Origin: Chamaesiphon sp.
GTDB taxonomy: Bacteria > Cyanobacteriota > Cyanobacteriia > Cyanobacteriales > Chamaesiphonaceae
Assembly: GCA_965246715.1 (NCBI GenBank)
Contig: CBDFFH010000036.1
Span: 96,001-160,000 of the forward strand
Direction of reading: 5' to 3'
Length of the DNA: 64,000 bases
The notes under the pieces were generated by a model. It was not told where the DNA came from. It searched no databases and saw nothing but the letters and a program-made list of their open reading frames with translations. Numbering within the stretch: the first letter of the stretch is position 1; each line of letters begins with the position of its first letter. A program made the position numbers and the translations under genes. Below are positions 19,555 through 31,193 of the stretch, in pieces.

Positions 19555-22092
19555 CTAACATTTTTTGTCCCCAGGAACTTTTCTTCTTTTAATCTTAGGA
19601 ATAAGATCGGTAGAAGGACGGTTTTTAGGCGTATTTTTATAATCTTTTAATATAGTATTAAGAGTCTTAACTCCTTTAACATCTTTGGCACAAGATGGAC
19701 AGAAATTTTTGCTCACACCTATGGATTTGAGCTTTGTATTGTTGTTAATAGAATACTGTTTTTGTCTTCCTTCTGCATGCCAGCCTCCTGTTCCATCATC
19801 TATTTTTTGCTTACCATTTCTATCTAAAGTTGGATTACCATTCTCATCTATTAGTTTAGCACCAGTTGCAACATCACTTGGTGTTGAGACTATGTAACCT
19901 TTCCCCCGAAGATAAGCTGTCTGTTCTCCGCTTAATCGTCCATTAGAAACAGTAACTACAATTTTTTGAGTTCCATTGGGAAACTCATGCAATCCTACAG
20001 CTACATTTCTTTGCAATGCACGGTTTTTTTGATATTTCTCTGGAACTTTTCCCCCCGGATTGTTTCGTTGATACTCTTGTGTCTTGCGATCTAGTGTTCG
20101 CTGTTCTCTCTCAATTTCATCACCTTTTATATTTGCAGCCTCTTGAATGAGTTGCTGGAGAAACTCTTTTGTCAATTCTGAGTTGGGATCTAATGGCTTC
20201 CTATTACATGGGTCTTCTGGATCTGGAATCGGGCATTGAGATGTATTTTTCTTAGTGGTATTGCGATGTTTTTTGAGTTCTCCTAGAGGTGTGTTTAGTG
20301 GATTATCATTTTTAATCGGAAGTGGTAGTTCTAGTAACCCACTTGGATCGATCGCATTTGTCGGACTATTACCAACATATCGATAAAGATTGGTATCCCC
20401 AGCATTAAACCCGATCGGATCTTCAGAGATAAACCGACCAGTACTCGCATCATAATACCGCGCCCGATAATAATCTAACCCAGTCTCACTATCAGCCTCC
20501 CGTCCGGTATAACCATACCGGAACTCAACACTAGCATTACTCTGACTGACAACCTTGCCAAAACTGTCATAAGTCACATGGTTGAGAACAACCCCACCAC
20601 CATCGACAACATCCCGCACCGTCCCCAGATTATCCGCCAAAGCCCAAACAACCGAACCACCGCGCTCATCAGCCAAAATCTGGTCTACCCCTGTACCATA
20701 CAAATACCGATGCGTCTGGACTCCAGCACCATCGAATACCAGTGCGATATTGGCACCATCGTAAACATACCGCTCGGCAACGACACCATCGATCTTCTTA
20801 CTAATCCGCCTGTCATTCACATCATAGGAATAAGCGATCGTCTTAACGGACATTCCCGCCAGCATCCTTAAACACAACTGAAGTCAACCGATTCCGATAA
20901 TCCCAGTTGTATTCTGTGACCTTACCAGTCGCGATCTCAGTGCGCTTAGTCCGATTCCCCTCATCATCATCATAGGAATAGTTATACACCCCATCAGTTA
21001 ACAACCGATTATCCGTTCCAGTTCCATAACCACTATTCGTCCGATTGCCATTGGCATCGTAACTATAAGCCTCATTCGCCTGAGTGGTATGGTTGGCACC
21101 CGTTAACTGATTGGTATCATCGTAGGTATAATCCTGAATCCCATCCGTTCCAGAACTTTGAGTAATCCGATTGGCATCATCGTAAGTAAACCCATAACTC
21201 GCAATGGTATTAACACCGTGCTTGTGCGTGAGATTTTTCAACCGTCCCGCCGGATCGTAACTGTAGCTAGATCAGCCACCGATAATGTGCCAGCCAGATC
21301 CCCATAACGACTCAAACCAGTCAAGCGATTGATGGCATCGTAGCTCAGATCCACCCGTTTGCCAGCCACTCCAGCCCCCGATTGAGTCAGCTTAGTGAGA
21401 CGGTTTAAGATGTCGTAGGTATAGCCATTAGTCCCTTTGAGAGTGCCATTAATCGAATCGGTCACACTCAACAGATTTCCCGCTGCATCATAGCCGTAAT
21501 TCATCAGCACATTCGGCACTCCAGTCGTACCGAGATTATCGACTGATGTAACGCGATCGACTAAATCGTAAGTATAGGTATATTTAGAATCTGGGTCATT
21601 GGTAGTTAATAAATGACCGACAGCATCGTAACTGTAGTTAAAGGTGCGGATGTCGGTACCCAGATTGTCCAGCCAGTGTTCGGCAGTCTCGCGGTTTAAG
21701 ACATCATAATCGTAGGTGCGTTTGCGTCCGTTGCGATCGATCGTTTGAATCAAATCCCCAACCGCATCATAGCCAAAGGTGCGGGTTTTACCGAGTTGGT
21801 TGGTATCGGTAATTTGGCGATCTAAAGCGTCGTAAGTATAACTAGTCGTATTCCCTACCGAATCGGTAATCGAGAGTATATTCCCAACAGCATCGTAAGC
21901 GGTGATGGTGGGATTACTCTTGGCATCGACGACTTTGATTTGACGATCGAGCTTATCGTAATAGTAGTTAGTGGTGTGACCCAGTGCATCGGTAACAGAG
22001 GTGCGATTGCCGACGTTATCGTAACCGAAGGTAGTGGTATGGGTGAGAGGATCGGTAATGCCTGTGAGCCGATCGAGTTTATCGTAGGTATA
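19555..22092 (-). pseudogene. Second orphan Rhs module (frameshifted core) with an intact deaminase-like toxin tip
   Basis: Near-identical to Rhs1 over about 14330-15450; frameshifts near 21240 and 20850; DPSGL followed by HAE...IGVSKNFCPSC; truncated by the MITE at 22093. Confidence 0.85.
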
Positions 22093-22386
22093 GGGGTCAA
22101 ATGAGTATCCATACAGAAACTTACGTTAAGGCTGAGAACGTTACTGGGTAAAGATTTTAATTAGTAGTTTTTTTGTTCTGTTGAAGCTGGGGGAGTCAAA
22201 ATTCTAGCCGTACCTATTAACCTTTAGGCTATTTGGTACTATAAATGAATACGGCATAGCAAAGGTTTCAGACTCCTAAAACTCAGACCCTTCAATTGGT
22301 ACAGATTTCTTCATAGCGATCGGGGGCTTGAAAACAGATCTTCCAATCCTTAACATAAGTTTCTGCACGATTGCTCATTTCAGCCC
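22093..22386. mobile_element. 294-bp Tn3-family-type MITE, copy 2
   Basis: Direct-orientation copy of 10103-10396; truncates Rhs2 on the left and araC on the right. Confidence 0.85.
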
Positions 22387-23038
22387 ACAATTGGGAGATA
22401 TCGCCATCATTCCTGCCGGAATCGCCCATCGCTGCAATTGGAATACTACCGCTCAGTTCGGCATTTTAGCCATAGAACCCACACTACTTCAACAAATCGG
22501 ACAAGATTGGATAAATCCCGATCGAATCGAACTGATGCCCCAGTTTATGAGTAAATGAGACGATCTAATTCAAAGTATTTTTGCCACTTTGAGTGCGGAA
22601 TTAGCAACGGGTGGAATCGGCAGCAACTTACTTGTAGATAGCCTAAAAACGACCTTAGCAATTCATTTGCTTCGCAACTATTGCACGACATCACCACGGC
22701 TTTCTAGCTATGCTGATGGGCTACCTGCTGCCAAGTTGATGTTAGTAAAGGACTATATCAACGCACATCTCGACCTAGATTTGAAGCTGACAGAGTTAAG
22801 CGAGATCGTCCAAATTAGCCCATATCATTTCTTACGATTGTTTAAGAGAAGTCTGGACATTACGCCGCATCAATATATTTTGCAGCAGCGGATCGAGCAA
22901 GCGAAATACCTGTTGAAATCCAGCAATCTGAATATTTCAGAGATTGCGCTCAGGGTGGGCTTTTGCGATTCTAGTCACCTAACTCGATGTTTCAAAAGCA
23001 CCCTGGGCAGGACACCCAGCCAATGGCGACAACTATGA
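22387..23038 (+). pseudogene. AraC-family regulator, 5'-truncated with an in-frame TGA at 22556
   Basis: C-terminal AraC HTH (SPYHFLRLFK...VGFCDSSHLTRCFK). Confidence 0.8.
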
Positions 23039-23130
23039 CCGCAAGAATATCCCAAAACTCAGCAACTTTTTTCTAGCATCCTGACTCGCGATTTTTCTAA
23101 ACTATCGATAGTCGTTTCGCCTTACCAAAG

Positions 23131-23538
23131 ATGCCACATATTCAAGCGATGAGTGTCCCACTCTGGGGATTAGTGATTTTTATGGGATGGACGATCGCAA
23201 GCGTTTGTCTCCTACTTACTGTCAGGATTCGACATTTAGCAACTGGTGGCGCGGTGAAAGATTTTGGCACTCAAAATGAGGCAAGTTTACTGTGGCGACT
23301 TTACCGAGTTCAAGCTAACTTGGTGGAAAATCTACCGTTATATCTAGGCGTGGTGTTCCTGCTAACCGTGCGGGGAGTTGCGGGAACGGCGATCGATGCT
23401 TTAGTTATTATGTATATTATATTTCGACTGATTCACTCGCTCGTTCATATTGCTGGCTTGAATCCAATGTTTAAAATATTCTGTTTAGCTATTCAGTTCG
23501 GTTGTCTAATTGCACTAACAACTTTGGCAATTGTCTAA
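23131..23538 (+). CDS. MAPEG-family membrane protein
   Basis: RVQANLVENLP and FRLIHS motifs. Confidence 0.75.
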   Translation: MPHIQAMSVPLWGLVIFMGWTIASVCLLLTVRIRHLATGGAVKDFGTQNEASLLWRLYRVQANLVENLPLYLGVVFLLTVRGVAGTAIDALVIMYIIFRLIHSLVHIAGLNPMFKIFCLAIQFGCLIALTTLAIV

Positions 23539-23600
23539 TTTAGATCGCAATTATTGGCTTGTGCAGCAATACATTTATCAAAAAATTCAGGAGATTTTGC

Positions 23601-25345
23601 ATGAATCGGTTACAAGGAAAATGTACCCTCATCACTGGTGGCACAACGGGTATAGGGCTTGAGACAGTACCCCTGTTAAGGTGACAGTTAAACTACTAAG
23701 TAGTGAGAAGCCGAAAAGTAGCAACATGCGGACGTTTGGGGTCATACTTCTTCTTGTTAGTCGGCTTTTTCGCTCCTCGTGGAGAAGACAAGAAGCGGTT
23801 GAGATTGACATGACTAGCACAGTCTCGTAAAAATTCCGCCAATAACGCCACGCTCATCAGTGCAAAAGGTTTCCAATCCCTCAGCAACAATTGCAATCTC
23901 CATCCCTCTAAAAGTTGACTGGACTTCTTCAACCACATAATAATTGGACAAGCCCGACTCAATTTTTCCGGCACCATGAACATCTTTGAGCGCAGCTTTG
24001 ACCGTAGATAGAATGTTGAAAGCCATCAGTGCCATCCAAAACACGAATAATGCCGCTTTGGGATAACCCAAGGTCTGGAGTTCGCAATTAAATATATCCG
24101 TAATCACTTGGAACATCTGTTCGATTTGCCACCGCTTGAGGTAGAGATCTGCCACAATCAAGGCTGTCACATCGGTGTCAGGCAAATTAGTTAACACTGT
24201 CACTTGAGCATCGCCATGACGAGTTGGTTGTTTGAGTTGAATCGTAATTCGGCGGACACAAATGCCACTATCAAGCTGCACCTGTTGCTCGAAGATAGTG
24301 CCACTATCGTTTTGACCTATTTCTACTCTGGGGGTGATTTCTGTCCATTTCAAACCGAGGTGTTCTCGAATCACGAAACTGGCTTCCCGGGTACTAATGC
24401 CAGTCAAAAAGTCTTTGGTACAAAAATTTCGGTCAGCAATCCAGACTTGCCCTGCTGTAACCGTTTCCAGCACGGATGGCAACAATGACCGTTCTTGTGC
24501 GTGAGCATCTTCTTCGGGAAATACATCCACAACCATTTCTCGCTGCGGGTCTAGCACTGCGATTGCTTGTCCTGGTAGTGCCCCTGCTGCTTGCAGTCGT
24601 AACACCTTGATTCGATGTTCTGTCCCCCCGATGTGATTCCCATCAATGATTCTGACTTCATATCCCGGCAAGATAATCTTGCTTGCTTGAGTAAATTCTG
24701 CCACCACTGATGAGAGTTGTTCGCTGCTGTACCGCACCAATGCCTGTGATAGCTTTGGTTCCAGTCCATTGATTTTTGCGTACAATGATACTTTTGATAC
24801 CCCCACCACTTTCTCGAATGCTTTGTAGGCTGCGCCAACTGATGGATAAATTCCGCAGACGACTAAGCTCATGATTCCGACTACACTTGAGAATAGGAGT
24901 TCTCTGGTGTACTGCCGCTCTGCTGTGTCCTCAAACAACTGTTCTAGTTGCTCTGTGGCAAAGATTTTTTCCATGATTGCTCTGACCATCACTGTCAAGG
25001 GTGTCTGCTCTACAAATCTCTCAAAGATGTTACTAATCATCTTCAATTCCCTCTCTGGTTCGGTTTTTGGCTTTCAAGTCGGATTATACTCCGCTTTTAT
25101 GCCCTTTGAGGCTGCACTAGTACAACAGCTCACCTTAACAGGGGTAGGCTTGAGACAGCTAAACAATTTCTTGCAGAGGGTGCGCGTGTGGCAGTCACTG
25201 GACGTAGCCCAGACACACTAGCTCAAGCACAGCAAGAACTGGGCAAAGAGGTAATCGTCATCAAGTGTGATGCGGGTCAAGTCGGCGCACAAAAGCACTT
25301 GGCAGCGGAAATCGCTAAAGTTTTCGACAAACTTGATATTGATAT
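23601..25345 (+). pseudogene. SDR oxidoreductase interrupted by IS4 and 3'-truncated
   Basis: MNRLQGKCTLITGGTTGIGLET before the IS resumes AKQFLAEGARVAVTGR after it. Confidence 0.75.
23668..25146 (-). mobile_element. IS4-family element (transposase 23814-25046, C-terminal frameshift)
   Basis: TIR TACCCCTGTTAAGGTGA; 12-bp TSD GGCTTGAGACAG; IIDG, ADRNF and Y..RWQIE motifs. Confidence 0.9.
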
Positions 25346-25382
25346 TTTATTTGTTTGGTAAAAATATCGGTAAGATGGTTGC

Positions 25383-25571
25383 TCAAAATTGTGCCGATCT
25401 GGTCATTGGTTCCAACAGTTTGACTGGAAGTTGTTGCAAGACTCGTTCAAAAGGCTCGGTGCTGTTGAGTCCTCGCGTTAAAACTAATGCACCTTGCACC
25501 TGAATCACCGCATCTTCAGCCCGTTGTCGTGCTGCCTGTTCGGGAATGCCCAGCTTGCAAAAGCTCATCAA
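25383..25571 (-). pseudogene. C-terminal remnant of a TetR-family regulator
   Basis: A..RAEDAVI.VQGALVL.R.L motif. Confidence 0.5.
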
Positions 25572-25668
25572 AGATGGTTATACCGTACTGACCTTTTAAC
25601 TGAATTTGGCAGTGAGTTGGTTGTGGTTCGGCACTCACTGTTCTAGTAATATTTGGAGGTAGGTTTCT

Positions 25669-26592
25669 ATGCAGCTTAAAAGTCCTTTCCACGAAGGCGA
25701 ACTACTGGTACAGCAACGGGTTGGCGAAACAATCCCCGCCCAGCGAAATGGACAAATTATTGCCGATACGATTCTCAAAGGTGCGATCGAATTCATCGAA
25801 CAGCAAAAAATGGTTGTGCTGGGCAGTGTGGATTCACAACAGCATGTTTGGGCATCGTTGTTATTTGGGTCGCCTGGTTTTATTAAATATATCGATGCAC
25901 GGGCGATCGAGTTTGACTTAACGCAAGCCACCCTAAATCCTCTCGATCCTTTCTGGACGAACATCCAGACCGAGGATCGGGTCGGAATGCTAGCGATCGA
26001 ATTTGCCAGTCGCCGTCGGCTGCGGATTAATGGCACGATCGAGCGAATTACAAGCGATCGGTTACGGCTGAACGTGTTAGAGTCTTATCCTAACTGCCCT
26101 AAGTACATTCAGCGACGGCAGCTTCTGCTTAACTCAACAAATGTAAAGCAATATACTCAGCCACAATTTGGACAACTTCTGACATCCGAACAGCAGAATT
26201 GGATTGGAGCAGCAGACACTCTGTTTGTTGCTAGTACACATCCGCAGCGCGGGGTTGATGCCTCTCATCGCGGGGGGAATCCAGGCTTTGTCCAGATTCT
26301 AGACGATCGATCGCTTCGGATTCCCGATTACGCTGGAAACAGTATGTTTAACACTCTAGGAAACTTGGTCATCAATCCTCATGCTGGGCTTGTTTTTCTA
26401 GACTTTGAGCATAGTCGAACACTGCAACTAACAGGTCGAGCGACAATCCAATGGCATCTAGATGACTTCGCCGATTCAACGGGAGGAACTTACCGATATT
26501 GGGATTTCGAGATCGAGCAGTGGTTACGGACTGACTTAACTCACTCACTTCGATGGGATTTTTTCGACTATTCTCCCCACAATCCAATGTGA
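25669..26592 (+). CDS. Pyridoxamine 5'-phosphate oxidase-like FMN-binding protein
   Basis: [27 protein letters not shown] and PDYAGN.MFNTLGN motifs. Confidence 0.85.
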   Translation: MQLKSPFHEGELLVQQRVGETIPAQRNGQIIADTILKGAIEFIEQQKMVVLGSVDSQQHVWASLLFGSPGFIKYIDARAIEFDLTQATLNPLDPFWTNIQTEDRVGMLAIEFASRRRLRINGTIERITSDRLRLNVLESYPNCPKYIQRRQLLLNSTNVKQYTQPQFGQLLTSEQQNWIGAADTLFVASTHPQRGVDASHRGGNPGFVQILDDRSLRIPDYAGNSMFNTLGNLVINPHAGLVFLDFEHSRTLQLTGRATIQWHLDDFADSTGGTYRYWDFEIEQWLRTDLTHSLRWDFFDYSPHNPM

Positions 26593-26639
26593 GGAAACTC
26601 ATAGATTGTGGCTTTAATAAATTACAGGCGATCGCAATT

Positions 26640-27074
26640 ATGGAAACAAAACCACCCTTACCACCCTTTACGCTTGAAACGGCTAAAGCTAAAGTTCAAG
26701 CCGCCGAAGATGCCTGGAACACACGCGATCCTGAGAGAGTTGCTCTAGCTTATACAGAAGATTCGCAATGGCGCAATCGGTCTGAATTTTTGAGCGGACG
26801 TGACGAGATTAGAGCGTTCTTGAAACGGAAGTGGGCAAAGGAACTAGATTATCGCTTGAAAAAGGAACTTTGGAGTTTTACGGACAATAGGATTTCGGTG
26901 CGGTTTGAGTATGAGTGGCATGATGATGAACACTGGTATCGTTCTTACGGAAACGAGCAATGGGAGTTTGTAGAGAGTGGCTTGATGAGGCGGCGCGAAG
27001 CCAGCATCAATGATGTTTCGATTCTCCAGGGGAGAGGCTACGCCAACGAGGAGTCCGCAAGAAAGTTTCGATGA
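26640..27074 (+). CDS. DUF1348 (SnoaL/NTF2-like) protein carrying an 8-aa mini-element insertion
   Basis: [22 protein letters not shown]...[12 protein letters not shown]. Confidence 0.85.
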   Translation: METKPPLPPFTLETAKAKVQAAEDAWNTRDPERVALAYTEDSQWRNRSEFLSGRDEIRAFLKRKWAKELDYRLKKELWSFTDNRISVRFEYEWHDDEHWYRSYGNEQWEFVESGLMRRREASINDVSILQGRGYANEESARKFR

Positions 27075-27243
27075 GAACAGCTAGTAGAGTGGGCAATGCC
27101 CATTAGCTAAAACCTTTGCAGAGTAAGCATCTTGCTTATTATTTACTCCGATCGATCGCTTACGGCAAGCGATCGATCGGAGTAAAAATCGCGATTTAGT
27201 AGATGATTTCTTGTAAAATAGACAAAACACACATCGTGGAAAA

Positions 27244-27447
27244 ATGTTTACAGCAGTAGAAGAAATTGAATCTGCGATTCTCAAACTCTCACCACAAGAA
27301 TTAGGTCAACTTGCCGAATGGGTCTTAGATTTAGACGAACAGAATTGGGATAAACAAATCGAACGAGATGCTATGGCAGGAAAGCTAGATTTTCTAGCTA
27401 AAGAAGCATTGGCAGAACTGGAAAACGGCGATAGCCGAATGATCTAA
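27244..27447 (+). CDS. Small antitoxin-like protein; partner toxin apparently deleted
   Basis: WDKQIERD..AGKLD.LA.EA motif; followed by a short ATGCACTACAC stub. Confidence 0.55.
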   Translation: MFTAVEEIESAILKLSPQELGQLAEWVLDLDEQNWDKQIERDAMAGKLDFLAKEALAELENGDSRMI

Positions 27448-27476
27448 TGCACTACACAACTATTTGTTACATCTAA

Positions 27477-27674
27477 TTACTGTTGTTTCTTCCATTCATC
27501 TGTCAGTATCCCAGCAAAACCCCAATTTTCTTCGGCGATTTCTTGAATAACAATGTGGGTATGTTCTGGCTTTTTGCCAAGAATACGCACCAGAGAATCG
27601 GTTACTTCTCGGACTAATTGAGTTTTTTGCGCTCTCGTCGCGCCTTGAGTAATCTGGATATTGACGTAGGGCAT
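27477..27674 (-). CDS. 4-oxalocrotonate tautomerase family protein
   Basis: N-terminal catalytic Pro; 65 aa; ENWGFAG. Confidence 0.85.
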   Translation of the reverse strand: MPYVNIQITQGATRAQKTQLVREVTDSLVRILGKKPEHTHIVIQEIAEENWGFAGILTDEWKKQQ

Positions 27675-27835
27675 AATGATTTTGGGGGATTTAATTGGCG
27701 AACTATGTAAGTCTATCAGGAATTTTGTGAGCGATCGTGCGGACTAATCACGATCCTATGATGATGCGACAACTGACAAAACTGCGCTGCGATCGAAATT
27801 CCTTGCGGTAATGGAGCTGAAAGGATTTAGTGGAA

Positions 27836-28285
27836 TTATAAATCGATCGACATCAGTACATATTTTTCGCGAGTTGCAAAGTTGGCGCGAGCATAAAGCT
27901 GATTAGCTTTAATATTTGTTCTGGCAACTTCCAAATGAATCGATCGAACATCGAGATCTTTTGCCGCGATTTTAATAAATTCTAAGGTTTGCTTCCCTAA
28001 TCCTTTTCCTCGAAATTCAGGTCTAATATAAAATTCATCAATAAAAGCATCTTTTCCAGCAAACTCAATACTATAGCCAAGGCACAGTGCTATATATCCA
28101 ACAGGTTGGCGGTTGGCATAAATTAGCCAAATTCCACCAAGTTCTACATTAGATAACAATGCCGTAAGCGAGTTTTTCCTTTGCTCTTCTGTGATGTGGA
28201 AATCCTCGAATTCGTGAAACGCCCGCACGAGTGGCAAAATAATTTCCAGATCTTCGATTGAAGCTATTTTAATTTCTGGTGTCAT
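27836..28285 (-). CDS. GNAT acetyltransferase
   Basis: FIDEFYIRPEFRGKGLG. Confidence 0.85.
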   Translation of the reverse strand: MTPEIKIASIEDLEIILPLVRAFHEFEDFHITEEQRKNSLTALLSNVELGGIWLIYANRQPVGYIALCLGYSIEFAGKDAFIDEFYIRPEFRGKGLGKQTLEFIKIAAKDLDVRSIHLEVARTNIKANQLYARANFATREKYVLMSIDL

Positions 28286-28309
28286 GATTTACTATCTCTT
28301 GGACTCATT

Positions 28310-28733
28310 ATTGCTCTGCCTGTTTTGTGAACCCGCGACACACAACTGCCAATTTGTTTCCATCTAGATCGCGGACGTAGGCAGCCTAGAAGTCAGGGTT
28401 ATATTGCAAGCGAAGTCCTGGCGATCCTTCTGATATACCGCCATTAGACATGGCGGCAGAGTAGAATGCTTCAACCGCTTCCCAGGATTTTGCTTGCAGT
28501 GCGACCATTGTGCCGTTACCAGGGGTAGCAGCCTCTCCATTGAGGGGTTTGCCAAGCCAAAGTGCAACTTCTTTGATGCCGTTGTCTTCGTAGGTGCCCC
28601 AACCGACCCAATCTTCCCAGTTCGATTCGCCTGAGACATCGCAACGCGACAGCCCAAGTGTTCCAAGCACAGCGTCGTAGAAGACACTTGCACGGGCAAT
28701 GTCGTTTGTGCCAAGGCAAATATAAGTTAACAT
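28310..28733 (-). pseudogene. VOC-family protein with a premature TAG at 28386
   Basis: LGTND...FYDAVL...PGLR; the frame continues AAYVRDLDGNKL after the stop. Confidence 0.7.
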
Positions 28734-28859
28734 GGTTATTCTCTGGGGGCTAATGATTAGGAATGCAATCACCACCTAATATTAGGCTGTATGTATCGTT
28801 GGCGGTAGCAGAGCGTTTGCCCCAGCAATAGCCTCTGCTTTGCAGAATCGTGAACTAGG

Positions 28860-29327
28860 CTATTTCAGTGCCTTACGGAAAACGATCTTGTCAACTCCAG
28901 CCGCATAAAATTCTCGAATCCGCGCCTCCTCCTCGTAACCATTCTGGCGATAGAATTCCCGCACGTATTCAAAGTCATCCGTTCCCGCCGTTTCTACCAG
29001 CAATATACGTTCCCCTCGTTCCATGAGCATCTGCTCTACATAACTCAGTAAAGCCTTGCCGCGCCCTTGCTTCTGCCGATCGGGATGTACCGCAATTAGA
29101 TACAAATTCCACGTCCCCTCGGTCATCCGTTCTGGGGCGATGTATGCAATCCCGACTGGCTCATTGTCGTAATCAGTCAACCAGATGTCTTGGGTTTCAT
29201 CTTTATCGCTAAAATGTCGATCGAGCATTTGAGCAAGATCGTCTGTTTGGCTTGGATCGAATAGACCACTGGCTGCTGCCAGGGCTATTAATGCAGTCGT
29301 GTCATCAGGCGTGGTTAATCTAATCAT
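28860..29327 (-). CDS. GNAT acetyltransferase
   Basis: VHPDRQKQGRG and FY..NGY.EEARIREFY motifs. Confidence 0.85.
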   Translation of the reverse strand: MIRLTTPDDTTALIALAAASGLFDPSQTDDLAQMLDRHFSDKDETQDIWLTDYDNEPVGIAYIAPERMTEGTWNLYLIAVHPDRQKQGRGKALLSYVEQMLMERGERILLVETAGTDDFEYVREFYRQNGYEEEARIREFYAAGVDKIVFRKALK

Positions 29328-29342
29328 CGCAAATTCTTCTCA

Positions 29343-29390
29343 CATCATAACAGTTGTTATGTTTTCAAGTATCAGAACAACTGTTATGAT
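29343..29390. promoter_or_regulatory. Two palindromic operators between the divergent GNAT and tetR genes
   Basis: ATCATAACAGTTGTTATG and ATCAGAACAACTGTTATGAT. Confidence 0.55.
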
Positions 29391-29437
29391 AGAACGTCAA
29401 GCTAGTTGTTTTATCTTGCTGCAAACCAAAAAGAGTT

Positions 29438-29682
29438 ATGAGTTATGACGATTCCTCTTCGAGGACGCGACGCGAACGCCGGATTGAAGTCGCAAAAGCA
29501 GCATGGCAGGTGATTATCCGCGAAGGATTGGATCGCACCAGTATGCGGGCGATCGCGCAGGAACTTGGCTCCTCGACAGGGGTTGTCACTCACTACTTTC
29601 GAGACAAAGAAGAACTCATTTTGTTCGCGCTAGGACTCGTGTTTGAAAATGTTGCAGCGGAGATGGAAACTCGTTCCCAGGG
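29438..29682 (+). pseudogene. TetR-family regulator truncated by ISAs1
   Basis: HTH SMRAIAQELGSSTGVVTHYF; cut at the IS end at 29683. Confidence 0.8.
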
Positions 29683-31193
29683 CAGGTTAAACGCATCAAA
29701 ACTTGATATGAGGCGATCGAATTCAATAATACATACAACTTAAGCAGTATTTATGAACTAAATACATTTACGACGAATTCAATTAGAACTGATGTATAGT
29801 ATAAGGCAATATTTATTTAATTTAATGCAATATAAAGTAGTCGATCGAAGGAATAACTTAAATCGTCGATATATTATAGAAGTAATTTGATTTCAACCAA
29901 TAGTTCGTAAATTATAAAATACCTTCTAAAATTTCAGCCAAGTATTTGTCATCTATACCTGCTAGAAATCTCTTGCTTTTCACACTTAATTTCCGACTTT
30001 TATTTTGACTAATTAAGTTAATAGCTATGTGCCGTAATACTGCAAAATTAGCTGGCGCATTATCTTTCCTAATTCGACTATAATCTTCTCTTAAAGAAAC
30101 ATCAAGTACCCAATGAAGTGAATTTTCTATCCCCCAATGACCTCTAATTGCTCCGGCGACTCTCTTGGCATTATTAGCTAAACTACTAATAAAATAACGA
30201 GTCTCTACGGTGGTTTTATCCCCAATAGTTCTTACTGATTCAACCATCGCAATACTAGTCAATTTCATCCAGTTATGGGATGAATCTATTCGATCGGCAA
30301 CATCTGATATCATTAAATAATTACGGATTTCTTCCCTACCCCCATTAATCTCCTTAGTCCTGAAATCACTCAGATTGAAACCTGCGCCACCAGTTGCAAT
30401 AGCCTGTTTAAATAGCCTTTCTACTTGGTCGTATAAACTTGGTTGATTCTTTTTCACAGCAATTACATAATCTGCATCTTTTTCAACAATTTTTTTTACT
30501 ATTTCTCTTTGACATCCCATTGCATCAATGGTAACTATACATCCGGCTAAATCTAGAACTTTAATTAATTCAGGAAGTGCTGTGATTTCATTAGATTTGC
30601 CCTCAACCATTTTCTGTCCTAATACTAATCTATTAGTTACAGCCCATGCACTAACAGTATTTAGTACACCTTGTCCATTAGTATTATCTCCTGAATTTCG
30701 AGATTGTTTGCCGTCAAGTGCAATTATTTCTCCTGCTGTTATTTTAGATATTCCTTTAACCCAACTCAGGAAACTTTTTTGAAATTCTTCAGGATTAATT
30801 CGTGAAAATACCCTTCCAAATGTATCATGTGATGGAATACCATGCGGCAACTCTAAAAATTTACCTAGCCATTCCTTCTTCGCCAAACCATAAATTTCTA
30901 TATCTATCCATGTATCAGCTCCAGATACTACAGCACAAATGGTAATGGTGATGATATCAATTAATTTATGCTTTTTCCCGCGCTCTGTCCTGTAGTCTTC
31001 TACACTCTCGAAGTGTTCTATAATACTATATTTTGGCTTCAGCTTCATTTTAGTTAAATTAAATTTGTTAAATTCTAACATAGTTAATTAGCTCTAACTA
31101 TTACCTAGCAGTAATTACAAGATTTCTAGATGCTATTTATTCATTCGATCGTCAAAGTTTTTAGTAATAACAAATTTAAGTGCGTTTAACCTG
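29683..31193 (-). mobile_element. ISAs1-family element A (transposase 29912-31048)
   Basis: TIR CAGGTTAAACGCA at both ends; PSHDTF, DGK, TIDAMGCQ and HWGIEN.LHW motifs. Confidence 0.9.

Noticed and set aside
19555..22092. Diversity-generating retroelement TR/VR pair (Rhs duplicates or protease-module repeats)
   Set aside because: Differences are not adenine-specific and no reverse transcriptase is present.
22328..22386. Start of the 76-aa ORF
   Set aside because: Lies within the MITE end; the ORF is an araC fragment.
28765..28790. Collapsed attC between the GNAT and VOC genes
   Set aside because: Only a short palindrome (CCTAATATTAGG); insufficient evidence.
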